Below are positions 15,297 to 23,999 of a stretch of DNA of 32,000 bases, one piece after another (position 1 is the first letter of the stretch; every line of letters starts with the position of its first letter). The translations under genes and the position numbers were made by a program. The DNA is taken from assembly GCF_000009705.1 (NCBI RefSeq), contig NC_003272.1:2970001-3002000 (forward strand), written 5' to 3'. This DNA is from Nostoc sp. PCC 7120 = FACHB-418. Its GTDB lineage: Bacteria > Cyanobacteriota > Cyanobacteriia > Cyanobacteriales > Nostocaceae. The notes beneath the pieces were generated by a model. The model searched no databases. It was not told the origin of the DNA and saw nothing but the letters and a program-made list of their open reading frames with translations.

Positions 15297-16997
15297 ATGA
15301 AAATAGCGATCGCTCAAATTAATCCTATTATTGGTGATTTAACTGGTAATGCCCAAAAAATTCTGGAAATAGCACAGCAGGCAATAAAAAAAGGCGCAAG
15401 ATTGTTGCTAACTCCAGAACTATCTTTGTGTGGCTATCCCCCACGGGATTTATTATTAAATCCCAGTTTTGTAGAGGCCATGAGTGTTACTTTACAGCAA
15501 TTAGCTAGAGATTTGCCTGTAAATTTAGCTGTGTTAGTAGGGACAGTTGAACCAAATCATCAAGCCCATACTACTGGGGGAAAACCTTTATTTAATAGCA
15601 CAGCTTTATTAGAAAATGGCAAAGTCAAACAAATGTTTCATAAGCGACTATTGCCTACCTATGATGTATTTGATGAGCATCGTTATTTTGAAGCTGGACA
15701 ACAAGCGAATTATTTTGCCTTAGATAATATTAATATTGGTGTGACAATTTGCGAAGATTTATGGAATGATGAGGAGTTTTGGGGCAAACGCAGTTACACA
15801 GCTAATCCCATTTCCGACTTAGCAATTTTAGGTGTAGATTTAATCGTTAATTTATCGGCTTCGCCCTACAGTTTGGGTAAGCAAAGCTTTAGAGAAGCAA
15901 TGCTCAGACATAGTGCATTGAGGTTTCAACAACCCGTAATTTACACTAACCAAGTCGGCGGTAACGATGATTTAATTTTTGATGGTCGGAGTTTTGCCTT
16001 AAATCGTCAAGGCGAAGTGATGTGTCGGGCTAAGGGTTTTGCATCTGATTTAATTACAGTAGATTTTGATGAATCACAACGAGATTTACAACTAAATTCT
16101 GTTGCTCCTGTTTATGAATCAGAAGATGAGGAAATTTGGCACGCTTTAGTTTTGGGTGTGCGAGATTATGCTCAAAAATGCCGTTTTTCTCAAGTCGTGC
16201 TTGGTTTAAGCGGTGGGATTGATTCTGCACTGGTGGCGACAATTGCCACTGCGGCCTTAGGTAAGGAAAATGTCTTTGGTGTTTTAATGCCATCTCCTTA
16301 CAGTTCGGAACATTCTATTAGCGACGCTTTAGCATTAGCCGACAACTTGGGAATTAAGACCCAAATCTTACCCATAGGGGAGTTAATGCAGAGCTTTGAC
16401 CAGAGTTTAGTAGAGTTATTTGCCGGCACAGAATTTGGTTTAGCTGAGGAGAACATCCAGTCACGGATTCGCGGTAACTTATTAATGGCGATCGCTAATA
16501 AATTTGGCTACCTGTTATTATCCACCGGTAATAAGTCGGAAATGGCAGTCGGTTACTGCACCCTCTACGGCGACATGAACGGCGGTTTAGCAGTCATCGC
16601 CGACGTTCCCAAAACCCGCGTTTACTCCCTTTGTAACTGGCTAAATTCCCACCAATCCCCAATCATCCCCGAAAACATCCTTACTAAAGCACCAAGCGCC
16701 GAACTCAAACCCGGTCAAGTTGACCAAGATTCCCTACCCCCATACGAAATTTTGGACGACATATTACAGCGCTTCATTCACAACCATCAATCCGTAGGGG
16801 AAATTGTCGCCGCAGGTCATGAACCTGTAGTGGTAGACAGAGTTATCCAGATGGTTGCACGAGCTGAATTTAAGCGCCGCCAAGCACCCCCAGGACTAAA
16901 AATCACCGACCGCGCTTTTGGCACTGGTTGGCGAATGCCAATTGCTAGCAACTGGAATGCGATTAAAAACAATTACCGCCTAAGTTACACATTCTGA
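15297..16997 (+). CDS. nadE: Glutamine-dependent NAD+ synthetase (CN-hydrolase domain + NAD synthetase domain)
   Basis: 566 aa. N-terminal nitrilase-type domain (PELSLCGYPPRDLL, catalytic Cys in GVTICEDLW). C-terminal ATP-PPase P-loop LGLSGGIDSAL and STGNKSEMAVGYCTLYGDM. Confidence 0.93.
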   Translation: MKIAIAQINPIIGDLTGNAQKILEIAQQAIKKGARLLLTPELSLCGYPPRDLLLNPSFVEAMSVTLQQLARDLPVNLAVLVGTVEPNHQAHTTGGKPLFNSTALLENGKVKQMFHKRLLPTYDVFDEHRYFEAGQQANYFALDNINIGVTICEDLWNDEEFWGKRSYTANPISDLAILGVDLIVNLSASPYSLGKQSFREAMLRHSALRFQQPVIYTNQVGGNDDLIFDGRSFALNRQGEVMCRAKGFASDLITVDFDESQRDLQLNSVAPVYESEDEEIWHALVLGVRDYAQKCRFSQVVLGLSGGIDSALVATIATAALGKENVFGVLMPSPYSSEHSISDALALADNLGIKTQILPIGELMQSFDQSLVELFAGTEFGLAEENIQSRIRGNLLMAIANKFGYLLLSTGNKSEMAVGYCTLYGDMNGGLAVIADVPKTRVYSLCNWLNSHQSPIIPENILTKAPSAELKPGQVDQDSLPPYEILDDILQRFIHNHQSVGEIVAAGHEPVVVDRVIQMVARAEFKRRQAPPGLKITDRAFGTGWRMPIASNWNAIKNNYRLSYTF

Positions 16998-17054
16998 AAG
17001 CCTGATTCAATGAATGGTAGTGTAGATGAGAAAATGGTGTAACCAATTTACTCA

Positions 17055-17957
17055 ATGATGGCTGCTGTTCTTCTCGAAAACGTCTATAAATTTTATAACA
17101 ACACCCCTGTAGTTAATGACTTGTCATTCAACATTGAGGCTGGAGAAATATTTGCACTTCTCGGCCCTAACGGTGCAGGAAAATCTACCACTATTCGGAT
17201 GCTGACTACACTAACAAAACCATCCCAAGGAAAGATGGAGGTAGCTGGCTATGATGTAGTACGCCAACCTATGCTAGCCAAGCAGAGTATTGGCGTTGTC
17301 TTGCAGCAAACTAGTGTAGATGGCGATTTAAGTGTGTGGGAAAATATGGAACTACATGGGAGGCTACATCACATCCCTAACCCACAACGACAACGACTAA
17401 TTAATCAATGGCTGGATTATGTTGAATTAGCAGACAGGCGGGAAAGCTTGGTAAAAACTCTGTCTGGAGGGATGAAACGAAGACTGCAAATAGCTAGAGC
17501 TTTATTGCATCAACCACAAATCTTGTTTTTGGATGAACCGACGGTAGGGCTAGACCCCCAAACTCGTCGTCGGTTGTGGGAAATTATTGGGGATTTAAAT
17601 AAACAAGGTATGACGATGTTATTAACAACTCATTACATGGATGAGGTGGAATTTTTATGTGATGCTTTTGGCTCTGCTAAACCAGGACGCATAGGTATTA
17701 TGGATGGCGGTAAGTTAATTTCTTTGGGGACTTTACAGCAATTGCGTTCTGCTCACGGCGAAGGCCTAGTCATGAAACAGTTGAGGGTGACCACAACCAG
17801 CAATGATAGTTCACGAGGTTGGGAATATCTATTTTTTCCTTCATTAGAAGAGGCAAATATTTATCTAAATCAACAGCCAGATAAAACAGGAATGATGGTT
17901 CGTCCCTCTAATTTAGAGGATATTTTTGTTGAGTTAACAGGAAGGCAACTAAATTAA
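17055..17957 (+). CDS. ABC transporter ATP-binding protein (ABC-2/DrrA-like), no adjacent permease gene
   Basis: Walker A GPNGAGKST, signature LSGGMKRRLQIA, Walker B ILFLDEPTVGLD, H-loop TTHYMDE. The start could be either of the two ATGs at 17055 and 17058. Confidence 0.88.
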   Translation: MMAAVLLENVYKFYNNTPVVNDLSFNIEAGEIFALLGPNGAGKSTTIRMLTTLTKPSQGKMEVAGYDVVRQPMLAKQSIGVVLQQTSVDGDLSVWENMELHGRLHHIPNPQRQRLINQWLDYVELADRRESLVKTLSGGMKRRLQIARALLHQPQILFLDEPTVGLDPQTRRRLWEIIGDLNKQGMTMLLTTHYMDEVEFLCDAFGSAKPGRIGIMDGGKLISLGTLQQLRSAHGEGLVMKQLRVTTTSNDSSRGWEYLFFPSLEEANIYLNQQPDKTGMMVRPSNLEDIFVELTGRQLN

Positions 17958-17964
17958 TTGAGCT

Positions 17965-18639
17965 TTATAACTGCTGCAACATCGCCTCTACTCTAGCTAC
18001 ACCATCTGCATCGTTCCGCCTTTGGTATAAGTCGCGGGCTTTTTGCAGTAGGTTACTTGCTTGTTTAGTTTGCCGTCGTTGTTTATACATCGCTGCCATA
18101 AACTCGTAAGTCTGGGCATTGTTTCTATCAAGCTTAATTGCTTGCTCAAATGCCCAATTAGCTGACCGGAAATCTCCCAACCGAGATTGAGTGATACCTA
18201 AACCCACATAAGCGCTAACATTGTTGCGGTTCAATTGGATGGCACGGCGGTAAGCTTCTTTTGCACCAGGTGTATCGCCCATGTTGCCTTTGATATAACC
18301 TACTGCATAGAAAAAATCACTATTATTTGGGTTGATAGCGATCGCCCTACGGTATGCTGCTAGTGCAGCCTGAAAATTTCCCTGTTTTGCGTGTAAATAC
18401 CCAATTCCCGAATGAATTCTGGCGTTTCTCGGTTCCATTCTGGCAGCTTGTTGATAAACTGCGATCGCCCCATTATAATCCCCTGCATCCACTAACCTCT
18501 TACCATCCTCTAACAATCGCTTTAACTCTGCATTGTTAGCTTGCACAACCAAAACCTGCGCTTGGGCTATTGAAGGGATAGTCGCAGCGCCACCACCCAA
18601 CAACAACACACTCAACACGAATGATATGTGTTTGTACAC
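17965..18639 (-). CDS. Secreted/periplasmic tetratricopeptide (TPR) repeat protein
   Basis: Signal peptide MYKHISFVLSVLLLGGGAATIPSIAQA, then about five 34-aa TPR units (e.g. AIAVYQQAARMEPRNARIHSGIGYLHAKQGNFQA, ALAAYRRAIAINPNN). Confidence 0.85.
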   Translation of the reverse strand: MYKHISFVLSVLLLGGGAATIPSIAQAQVLVVQANNAELKRLLEDGKRLVDAGDYNGAIAVYQQAARMEPRNARIHSGIGYLHAKQGNFQAALAAYRRAIAINPNNSDFFYAVGYIKGNMGDTPGAKEAYRRAIQLNRNNVSAYVGLGITQSRLGDFRSANWAFEQAIKLDRNNAQTYEFMAAMYKQRRQTKQASNLLQKARDLYQRRNDADGVARVEAMLQQL

Positions 18640-18901
18640 AGTAATTTTCCCTAAGTTATAGTGAACTTTTTTCTTGTTTATTAAAACAAAAAATTTGCAT
18701 TTTGAAAACTGTATTTATCCCTTTTCACAAAATATTAATAATACGTAAATTCTCTCAAAGGTTTCCATACAAAAAACCCAGAGTTTCTACTGAGTTAATT
18801 AACCATGACGACATAAATATTTAGTGTCAATCTTCCGATTGAGTATCAGCTTGATAAACTAGGAGCTAAGTTCCCTCATCAGCAATTTCTCAGGAAAACT
18901 T

Positions 18902-19228
18902 ATGATTGTCACAACAACAGATGTAATTCAAGGTGCAGTAATTGATTCATATTTAGGTATTGTTACCGCAGAAATTGTCTATGGTAGCAATTTTCTCCGA
19001 GATTTTCTAGCTGGTATCCGTGATGTTATCGGTGGACGGACTGGCAGCTATGAACGTTTATTTGAGCAGGGACAACGTAAAGCCATAGAAGAATTAGAAC
19101 TCCGGGCGCAACGTTTAGGAGCCAACGCTGTCATCGGTATTGAAATAGACACCGGAACAATTAATGTAGACCAGTCAGGTGTTTTATTATTGATTACTGC
19201 AACAGGTACAGCAGTGAGAGTACGTTAG
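18902..19228 (+). CDS. YbjQ-family protein (UPF0145)
   Basis: 108 aa. Characteristic MIVTTTDVIQG...GIVTAE.V.G.NFLRDFLAGIRDVIGGR...YE......R..A..EL...A..LGANAVIGI pattern. Confidence 0.8.
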   Translation: MIVTTTDVIQGAVIDSYLGIVTAEIVYGSNFLRDFLAGIRDVIGGRTGSYERLFEQGQRKAIEELELRAQRLGANAVIGIEIDTGTINVDQSGVLLLITATGTAVRVR

Positions 19229-19587
19229 GGCGGCTGAATACTCCATTTACATACACTGCGGTTATAGTTTCTTATTTATTAAGGATGGGTAATTGTTTAA
19301 TATTATTACCCATTATTCAATATCAAAATATTTTAGATTACTAAATACAATGGTAATCTTACTAAGTTTATCTAACTACAATCTATATAAAAAATAGACA
19401 TTTTTATTTCAATAAAAATAAATAGACTTATATAAATATAATCTATTTATTATTACTCAAGACAGAGCAAATAACTCTTTCTACTGATAGATATTAAAAT
19501 CTGCAATTAGCCATTTAATTTTAACGTAAGCATAAAAATTAAGAAAAATTTTGCTGAAGTTAAAGTAGTCAGGAGAAATAAAGACTT

Positions 19588-20223
19588 ATGTCATACGTCA
19601 ATAGAGTAGGCGACGATGTTATTCAACCTGAACCTACGGTGGTGGGAAGAGTAGGTGATTACCATGACCGTGTGCGTTGGGGCCCGATAATTTCTGGTGT
19701 ATTAGTTGCTTTAGCTACTCAACTAATCTTGAGCGCTTTATTTGGTGCAATTGGTGCTGGTACAGTTTCCGGCTCAGGCGCACCTAGAACAATTGCGCCT
19801 AATGTTGCAGGCAATGTAGGACTTTGGTCAACTATTGCTTTGTTGATTTCTCTGTTTACTGGTGGTTGGGTAACAGCACGGGCCTGTGGTCCAATGAACC
19901 GAAATACAGCACTACTTAACGGCGCAATTCTTTGGGCGACCACTTTAGCACTTAGCTCATGGTTATTAGCCAGTGGAGTATCGGGTGCTTTCGGTGTTGC
20001 AGCTTCTAACGCAGGAGAAGTCATCAACCAAGTGCAACAACCAGGTGCTGCAATACCACAAAATGTACCTAACGTTACAGCCGAACAAGCTCGTGATATT
20101 GCGGCCGCAACTTCTAGAGGTTTGTGGTGGTTTGTATTTGGTTCTTTATTAGGTTTAGTTGCTTCCATGATAGGTGCAGCCGCAGGAGTTCGCAATCCTC
20201 GCTCTAACAATTACAACGCTTAA
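19588..20223 (+). CDS. Gly/Ala-rich integral membrane protein, function unknown
   Basis: 211 aa with about four hydrophobic helices (GPIISGVLVALATQLILSALFGAIGAG, LWSTIALLISLFTGGWV, ILWATTLALSSWLLASGV, LWWFVFGSLLGLVASMIGAAAG). Preceded by AGGAG at ~19572. Confidence 0.7.
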   Translation: MSYVNRVGDDVIQPEPTVVGRVGDYHDRVRWGPIISGVLVALATQLILSALFGAIGAGTVSGSGAPRTIAPNVAGNVGLWSTIALLISLFTGGWVTARACGPMNRNTALLNGAILWATTLALSSWLLASGVSGAFGVAASNAGEVINQVQQPGAAIPQNVPNVTAEQARDIAAATSRGLWWFVFGSLLGLVASMIGAAAGVRNPRSNNYNA

Positions 20224-20411
20224 TGCCAGCTTAATATATCCTGTACAGTTAAGGTACGGAAAAAAGATTAACCGCAGATAAATATTAATCTTCGTAGGGA
20301 CGCACTCTTGTACGTCCCTATCTGTATCACTCCTTTAATGGGTAACTGCGATAATTATTATGCTTCAATAAACTAGAATCATTCAGTTATTTTTTTGAAA
20401 AAATTAGAGCT

Positions 20412-20672
20412 TTACCACTTCAAATATGAAGATTCTATACCTTGCTCTCTTCTAATTTTGCTGTCTTTCTCAAACCAAGAAATAACTTGTTGTGTTGTCA
20501 AATCTTCTATAGATACACCATACTCTTGGGCAATATGCTGTAATAGTTTTAGTGAGGAAATGGTCAATCTTGTTAAAAACTTTTCCGGGGATGATAAAAG
20601 AGCCGCATCAACTTTTGCTGATTCTTCTAAAGTAAGAAATTGGGTTGATGGTTGTTGAGATGGTAAATCCAT
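20412..20672 (-). CDS. Small hypothetical protein (86 aa) downstream of and co-directional with sufR
   Basis: Preferred over the fully overlapping plus-strand ORF 20395-20658 because its composition is more protein-like and less Cys-rich, and it runs co-directionally with sufR. No family recognised. Confidence 0.5.
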   Translation of the reverse strand: MDLPSQQPSTQFLTLEESAKVDAALLSSPEKFLTRLTISSLKLLQHIAQEYGVSIEDLTTQQVISWFEKDSKIRREQGIESSYLKW

Positions 20673-20779
20673 AAAATTGTTTAAGAAGTCAGTCTTGGGT
20701 AATTATATAGCGACTAATTGGTAAACGCTTTTACCAATCGGCTATGATTCATGACCTAAACTGAGATGAGAAAACCAAT

Positions 20780-21463
20780 TTATATATGAGATGTTGGTTT
20801 GTGGGCTTGGACTAGATAGCCGCAACGATGTTCGCCGTTAATCAGCCAGTGGGTACGCTCAACTGTACAATCTGGGAGAACGGCCGCGAACATTTCTAGT
20901 TCATGACCGCAAACGCTGGGGAATGACTCAGCAACGTTGGAAATTGCACAGTTATGTTCGATAAAGATAAATCTTTCTTTCTGTGTTGATTCAGAGGAAT
21001 CTACAGGGTGATATTCGGCCATGAAACCTTCATTTTTTCGCAATTCGACTAAGTTCGCTACCCGTTCTTGTAGAGAACCTTTACCTACACGATCGCGGTA
21101 TTCTTGGGCTTTACGTTCCCATTGTTTCTGTAAAATAGTCTTGAATTGGTCGTGTCCGACGGTTTCGGCTAGGGTATCTAATAAGGATACGGCAAAATCG
21201 CCGTGGCGATCGCTCACATTTTTGTGCAGGCGTTCTCTTCCTTGGCGACTTAATTGATAAACGTGTTGAGGTCGTCCCATACCTGCTTGCATTGTATTGG
21301 AATATACTACTAACTCCTCCGTCTCCAAATCTTTGAGATGACGACGAATTGCTTGGGGACTGACATCTAAAACATTAGCTAGGTCAAGGGCTGTTGCCTG
21401 TGAGTGTTTCAAGAGATACTCTAAAATCTCTTGTTTAGTTGAGGCTTGCTGAGTAGTCGCCAT
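20780..21463 (-). CDS. sufR: Iron-sulfur cluster biogenesis transcriptional repressor SufR
   Basis: 227 aa. N-terminal wHTH (ILEYLLKHSQATALDLANVLDVSPQAIRRHLKDLE). C-terminal four-Cys cluster-binding region (HNCAIS...SVCGHE...LPDCTVE...EHRCGY). Divergent from sufBCDS. Confidence 0.92.
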   Translation of the reverse strand: MATTQQASTKQEILEYLLKHSQATALDLANVLDVSPQAIRRHLKDLETEELVVYSNTMQAGMGRPQHVYQLSRQGRERLHKNVSDRHGDFAVSLLDTLAETVGHDQFKTILQKQWERKAQEYRDRVGKGSLQERVANLVELRKNEGFMAEYHPVDSSESTQKERFIFIEHNCAISNVAESFPSVCGHELEMFAAVLPDCTVERTHWLINGEHRCGYLVQAHKPTSHI

Positions 21464-21500
21464 CTTTTTCTAAAAATTTTTTGAGAAAATTTGACTTTGA

Positions 21501-21514
21501 CAACATTGTTGTTG
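21501..21514. promoter_or_regulatory. Candidate SufR operator 1 (CAAC-N6-GTTG)
   Basis: CAACATTGTTGTTG, just downstream of the overlapping TTGACT/TTGACA -35-like hexamers (21491-21502) in the sufR/sufB divergent region. Confidence 0.6.
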
Positions 21515-21542
21515 TTAATCTAGCGTAAAATGGAGATACATT

Positions 21543-21562
21543 AAACAACATCGATGTTGTTT
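21543..21562. promoter_or_regulatory. Candidate SufR operator 2: perfect 20-bp palindrome with a CAAC-N6-GTTG core
   Basis: AAACAACATCGATGTTGTTT read directly; core CAAC-ATCGAT-GTTG at 21546-21559. Confidence 0.7.
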
Positions 21563-21688
21563 TACTCTCCACCCCCATTCTAACAGCCGTGTCACCACTC
21601 AGTAATATGAGATGAGATTCGGCTAGAACAAAGCCCGTCTCCCATCCTTATCAAGAGATTCAGTACCGAACACGAGAGAACACTACCA

Positions 21689-23128
21689 ATGAGTGCCACT
21701 GTTAAAACCTTAGTCAACCAACCTTACAAGTACGGCTTTGTCACTGATATTGAAGCCGACACTATCCCCCGTGGACTCGATGAAGATGTTGTCCGCTTGA
21801 TTTCTACCAAGAAGAACGAACCGGAGTTCATGCTGGAATTTCGCCTCAGAGCGTTCCGCCAGTGGCAAAAAATGACGGAACCAACTTGGCCAAGTGTCAA
21901 GTATCCGCCCATAGACTATCAGAATATCATCTATTACTCAGCGCCGAAACAAAAGAAGGCTAAACTCAACAGCTTGGACGAAGTTGACCCCACCCTCATA
22001 GAAACCTTCGAGAAGCTGGGTATTCCCCTATCTGAACAAAAGCGTCTGGCAAATGTCGCCGTAGATGCGATTTTTGATAGCGTTTCTGTCGCCACAACAT
22101 TTAAAGAGAAGCTCGCCAAAGATGGCGTTATTTTCTGCTCAATTTCCGAAGCTTTACAAGAACATCCAGAACTCATCAAGAAATACCTGGGTAGCGTTGT
22201 TCCCATTGCTGATAATTACTTTGCAGCCCTCAACGCAGCAGTATTTAGCGATGGTTCTTTTGTCTATATTCCTAAAGGCGTAAAATGCCCAATGGAACTG
22301 TCTACCTACTTCCGCATCAACTCCGGTGATACGGGACAGTTTGAGCGGACTTTGATTGTCGCTGAAGAAGGTAGCTATGTTTCTTACCTCGAAGGTTGCA
22401 CCGCACCTATGTACGACAGCAACCAACTCCACGCGGCTGTGGTGGAACTTGTGGCTTTAGATAACGCCGAGATTAAATATTCCACAGTGCAGAACTGGTA
22501 TGCTGGCGATGCTAACGGTAAAGGCGGGATTTATAACTTCGTTACCAAGCGCGGTTTGTGTCAAGGTGTAAATTCTAAGATTTCTTGGACACAGGTGGAA
22601 ACTGGTTCAGCAATTACTTGGAAGTATCCTAGTTGCGTATTGGTTGGTGATAACTCCGTTGGTGAATTTTACTCGGTGGCGCTGACAAATAATATGCAGC
22701 AAGCCGATACCGGGACAAAGATGATTCATATCGGGAAGAACACCCGTAGCACAATTATTTCTAAAGGAATCTCTGCCGGTCAATCTAGTAATAGTTACCG
22801 GGGTTTGGTGAAAATCAACCCGACAGCTAAAGGCGCACGGAACTATTCTCAGTGTGACTCTATGTTAATTGGCGATAATGCCCACGCTAATACTTTCCCT
22901 TATATTCAAGTGCAGAATAATACGGGGAAGGTGGAGCATGAAGCTTCTACTTCCAAAATTGGGGAAGATCAGCTATTTTTCTTTGCTCAACGCGGTATTT
23001 CTTCGGAGGACGCTATTTCTATGATGATTAGCGGTTTCTGTAAGGATGTGTTTAATCAGCTACCGATGGAGTTTGCGGTGGAGGCTGATAAGTTGTTGAG
23101 TCTGAAGTTGGAAGGTAGTGTGGGTTAG
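21689..23128 (+). CDS. sufB: Fe-S cluster assembly scaffold protein SufB
   Basis: 479 aa, highly conserved SufB sequence (e.g. [57 protein letters not shown]). Confidence 0.95.
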   Translation: MSATVKTLVNQPYKYGFVTDIEADTIPRGLDEDVVRLISTKKNEPEFMLEFRLRAFRQWQKMTEPTWPSVKYPPIDYQNIIYYSAPKQKKAKLNSLDEVDPTLIETFEKLGIPLSEQKRLANVAVDAIFDSVSVATTFKEKLAKDGVIFCSISEALQEHPELIKKYLGSVVPIADNYFAALNAAVFSDGSFVYIPKGVKCPMELSTYFRINSGDTGQFERTLIVAEEGSYVSYLEGCTAPMYDSNQLHAAVVELVALDNAEIKYSTVQNWYAGDANGKGGIYNFVTKRGLCQGVNSKISWTQVETGSAITWKYPSCVLVGDNSVGEFYSVALTNNMQQADTGTKMIHIGKNTRSTIISKGISAGQSSNSYRGLVKINPTAKGARNYSQCDSMLIGDNAHANTFPYIQVQNNTGKVEHEASTSKIGEDQLFFFAQRGISSEDAISMMISGFCKDVFNQLPMEFAVEADKLLSLKLEGSVG

Positions 23129-23145
23129 GGTTTTTAACGCAGAGG

Positions 23146-23211
23146 GGCGCTGAGGTTGGCGCTGAGGTACGCGGAGAAGAGAAGAGAAGAGAAGAGAGAA
23201 GAGAGAGAAGA
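23146..23211 (+). repeat. sufB-sufC spacer: 12-bp tandem (GGCGCTGAGGTT/GGCGCTGAGGTA) followed by a 39-nt uninterrupted polypurine (GA-rich) tract ending at the sufC ATG
   Basis: Tandem at 23146-23169. Purine-only run at 23173-23211 (GGAGAAGAGAAGAGAAGAGAAGAGAGAAGAGAGAGAAGA). Confidence 0.85.
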
Positions 23212-23999
23212 TGATTATTGAAAATAGTGAAGTTGTTTTGTCGGTAAGGGGTTTGACGGCTGAGGTTGATGGTACGCCAATTCTCAAGGGTGTGAATCTT
23301 GAGGTGCGTTCTGGTGAAGTTCATGCAATTATGGGGCCGAATGGTTCTGGTAAGAGTACTTTGTCTAAGGTGTTGGCGGGACATCCTGCTTATACGGTGA
23401 CTGGTGGTGAGGTAGTTTTTCAGGGACAGAATTTGCTGGAGTTGGAACCGGAGGAACGGGCGCGGACTGGTGTGTTTTTGGCGTTCCAATATCCTTTGGA
23501 AATCCCTGGGGTGAGTAATTTGGATTTCTTGCGGGTGGCTTATAATTCTCGTCGCAAAGCCCAAGGGTTGGAGGAAATTGATACCTTTGATTTTGATGAT
23601 TTGATTGAGGAAAGGCTGGAAGTGGTAAAGATGAATCCGGCTTTCCTGAATCGGAGTGTGAATGAAGGGTTTTCTGGTGGTGAGAAGAAGCGCAATGAGA
23701 TTCTGCAAATGGCGCTACTGGAACCGAAGTTGGCAATTTTGGATGAGACTGATTCTGGTTTAGATATTGATGCACTGAAAATTGTGGCTCATGGTGTGAA
23801 TCAACTCGCTAGTCCGGAAAATGCGACGATTTTGATTACTCACTATCAACGGTTGCTTGATTATATTGTGCCGGATTTTGTTCATGTGATGGCACGGGGG
23901 CAGATAATTACTAGTGGTGGTAAGGAATTGGCACTAGAGTTAGAGTCTCGTGGTTATGACTGGCTGCTAGAAGATGCTGCTGTTGAGGTGGGTGTGTAA
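23211..23999 (+). CDS. sufC: Fe-S cluster assembly ATPase SufC
   Basis: 262 aa. Walker [10 protein letters not shown], signature FSGGEKKR, Walker [14 protein letters not shown]-loop ITHY. Confidence 0.95.
   Translation: MIIENSEVVLSVRGLTAEVDGTPILKGVNLEVRSGEVHAIMGPNGSGKSTLSKVLAGHPAYTVTGGEVVFQGQNLLELEPEERARTGVFLAFQYPLEIPGVSNLDFLRVAYNSRRKAQGLEEIDTFDFDDLIEERLEVVKMNPAFLNRSVNEGFSGGEKKRNEILQMALLEPKLAILDETDSGLDIDALKIVAHGVNQLASPENATILITHYQRLLDYIVPDFVHVMARGQIITSGGKELALELESRGYDWLLEDAAVEVGV

Noticed and set aside
19229-19587. Extremely AT-rich 359-bp region with a 10-bp inverted repeat AATAAATAGA/TCTATTTATT (19417-19426 / 19442-19451) and repeated AAATAGAC words
   Set aside because: In DNA this AT-rich, such short matches are expected by chance. 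It is probably just a promoter or curved-DNA region upstream of the membrane protein gene. I noted it but do not claim a site.
19719-20210. 163-aa minus-strand ORF antisense to the Gly/Ala-rich membrane protein gene
   Set aside because: GC-rich Gly/Ala codons leave the antisense frame open. The plus-strand product has coherent TM helices and an AGGAG upstream, while the antisense product is Ala/Pro-rich with no features.
20395-20658. 87-aa plus-strand ORF overlapping the 86-aa minus-strand ORF
   Set aside because: Only one of the two can reasonably be real. The plus-strand product is Cys/Ser-rich and odd-looking (…ITCCVVKSS…AICCNSFSEE…). The minus-strand product has normal composition and is co-oriented with sufR. 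This remains uncertain without homology data.
23052-23708. 218-aa minus-strand ORF (and the 136-aa ORF 23365-23775) antisense to sufC and the sufB-sufC spacer
   Set aside because: It fully overlaps the unmistakable sufC gene. Its sequence is low-complexity (Ser/Leu/Phe/Pro/Thr/His-rich) and partly the complement of the polypurine tract. No start context or known motif. It is an artefact of stop-poor antisense frames.
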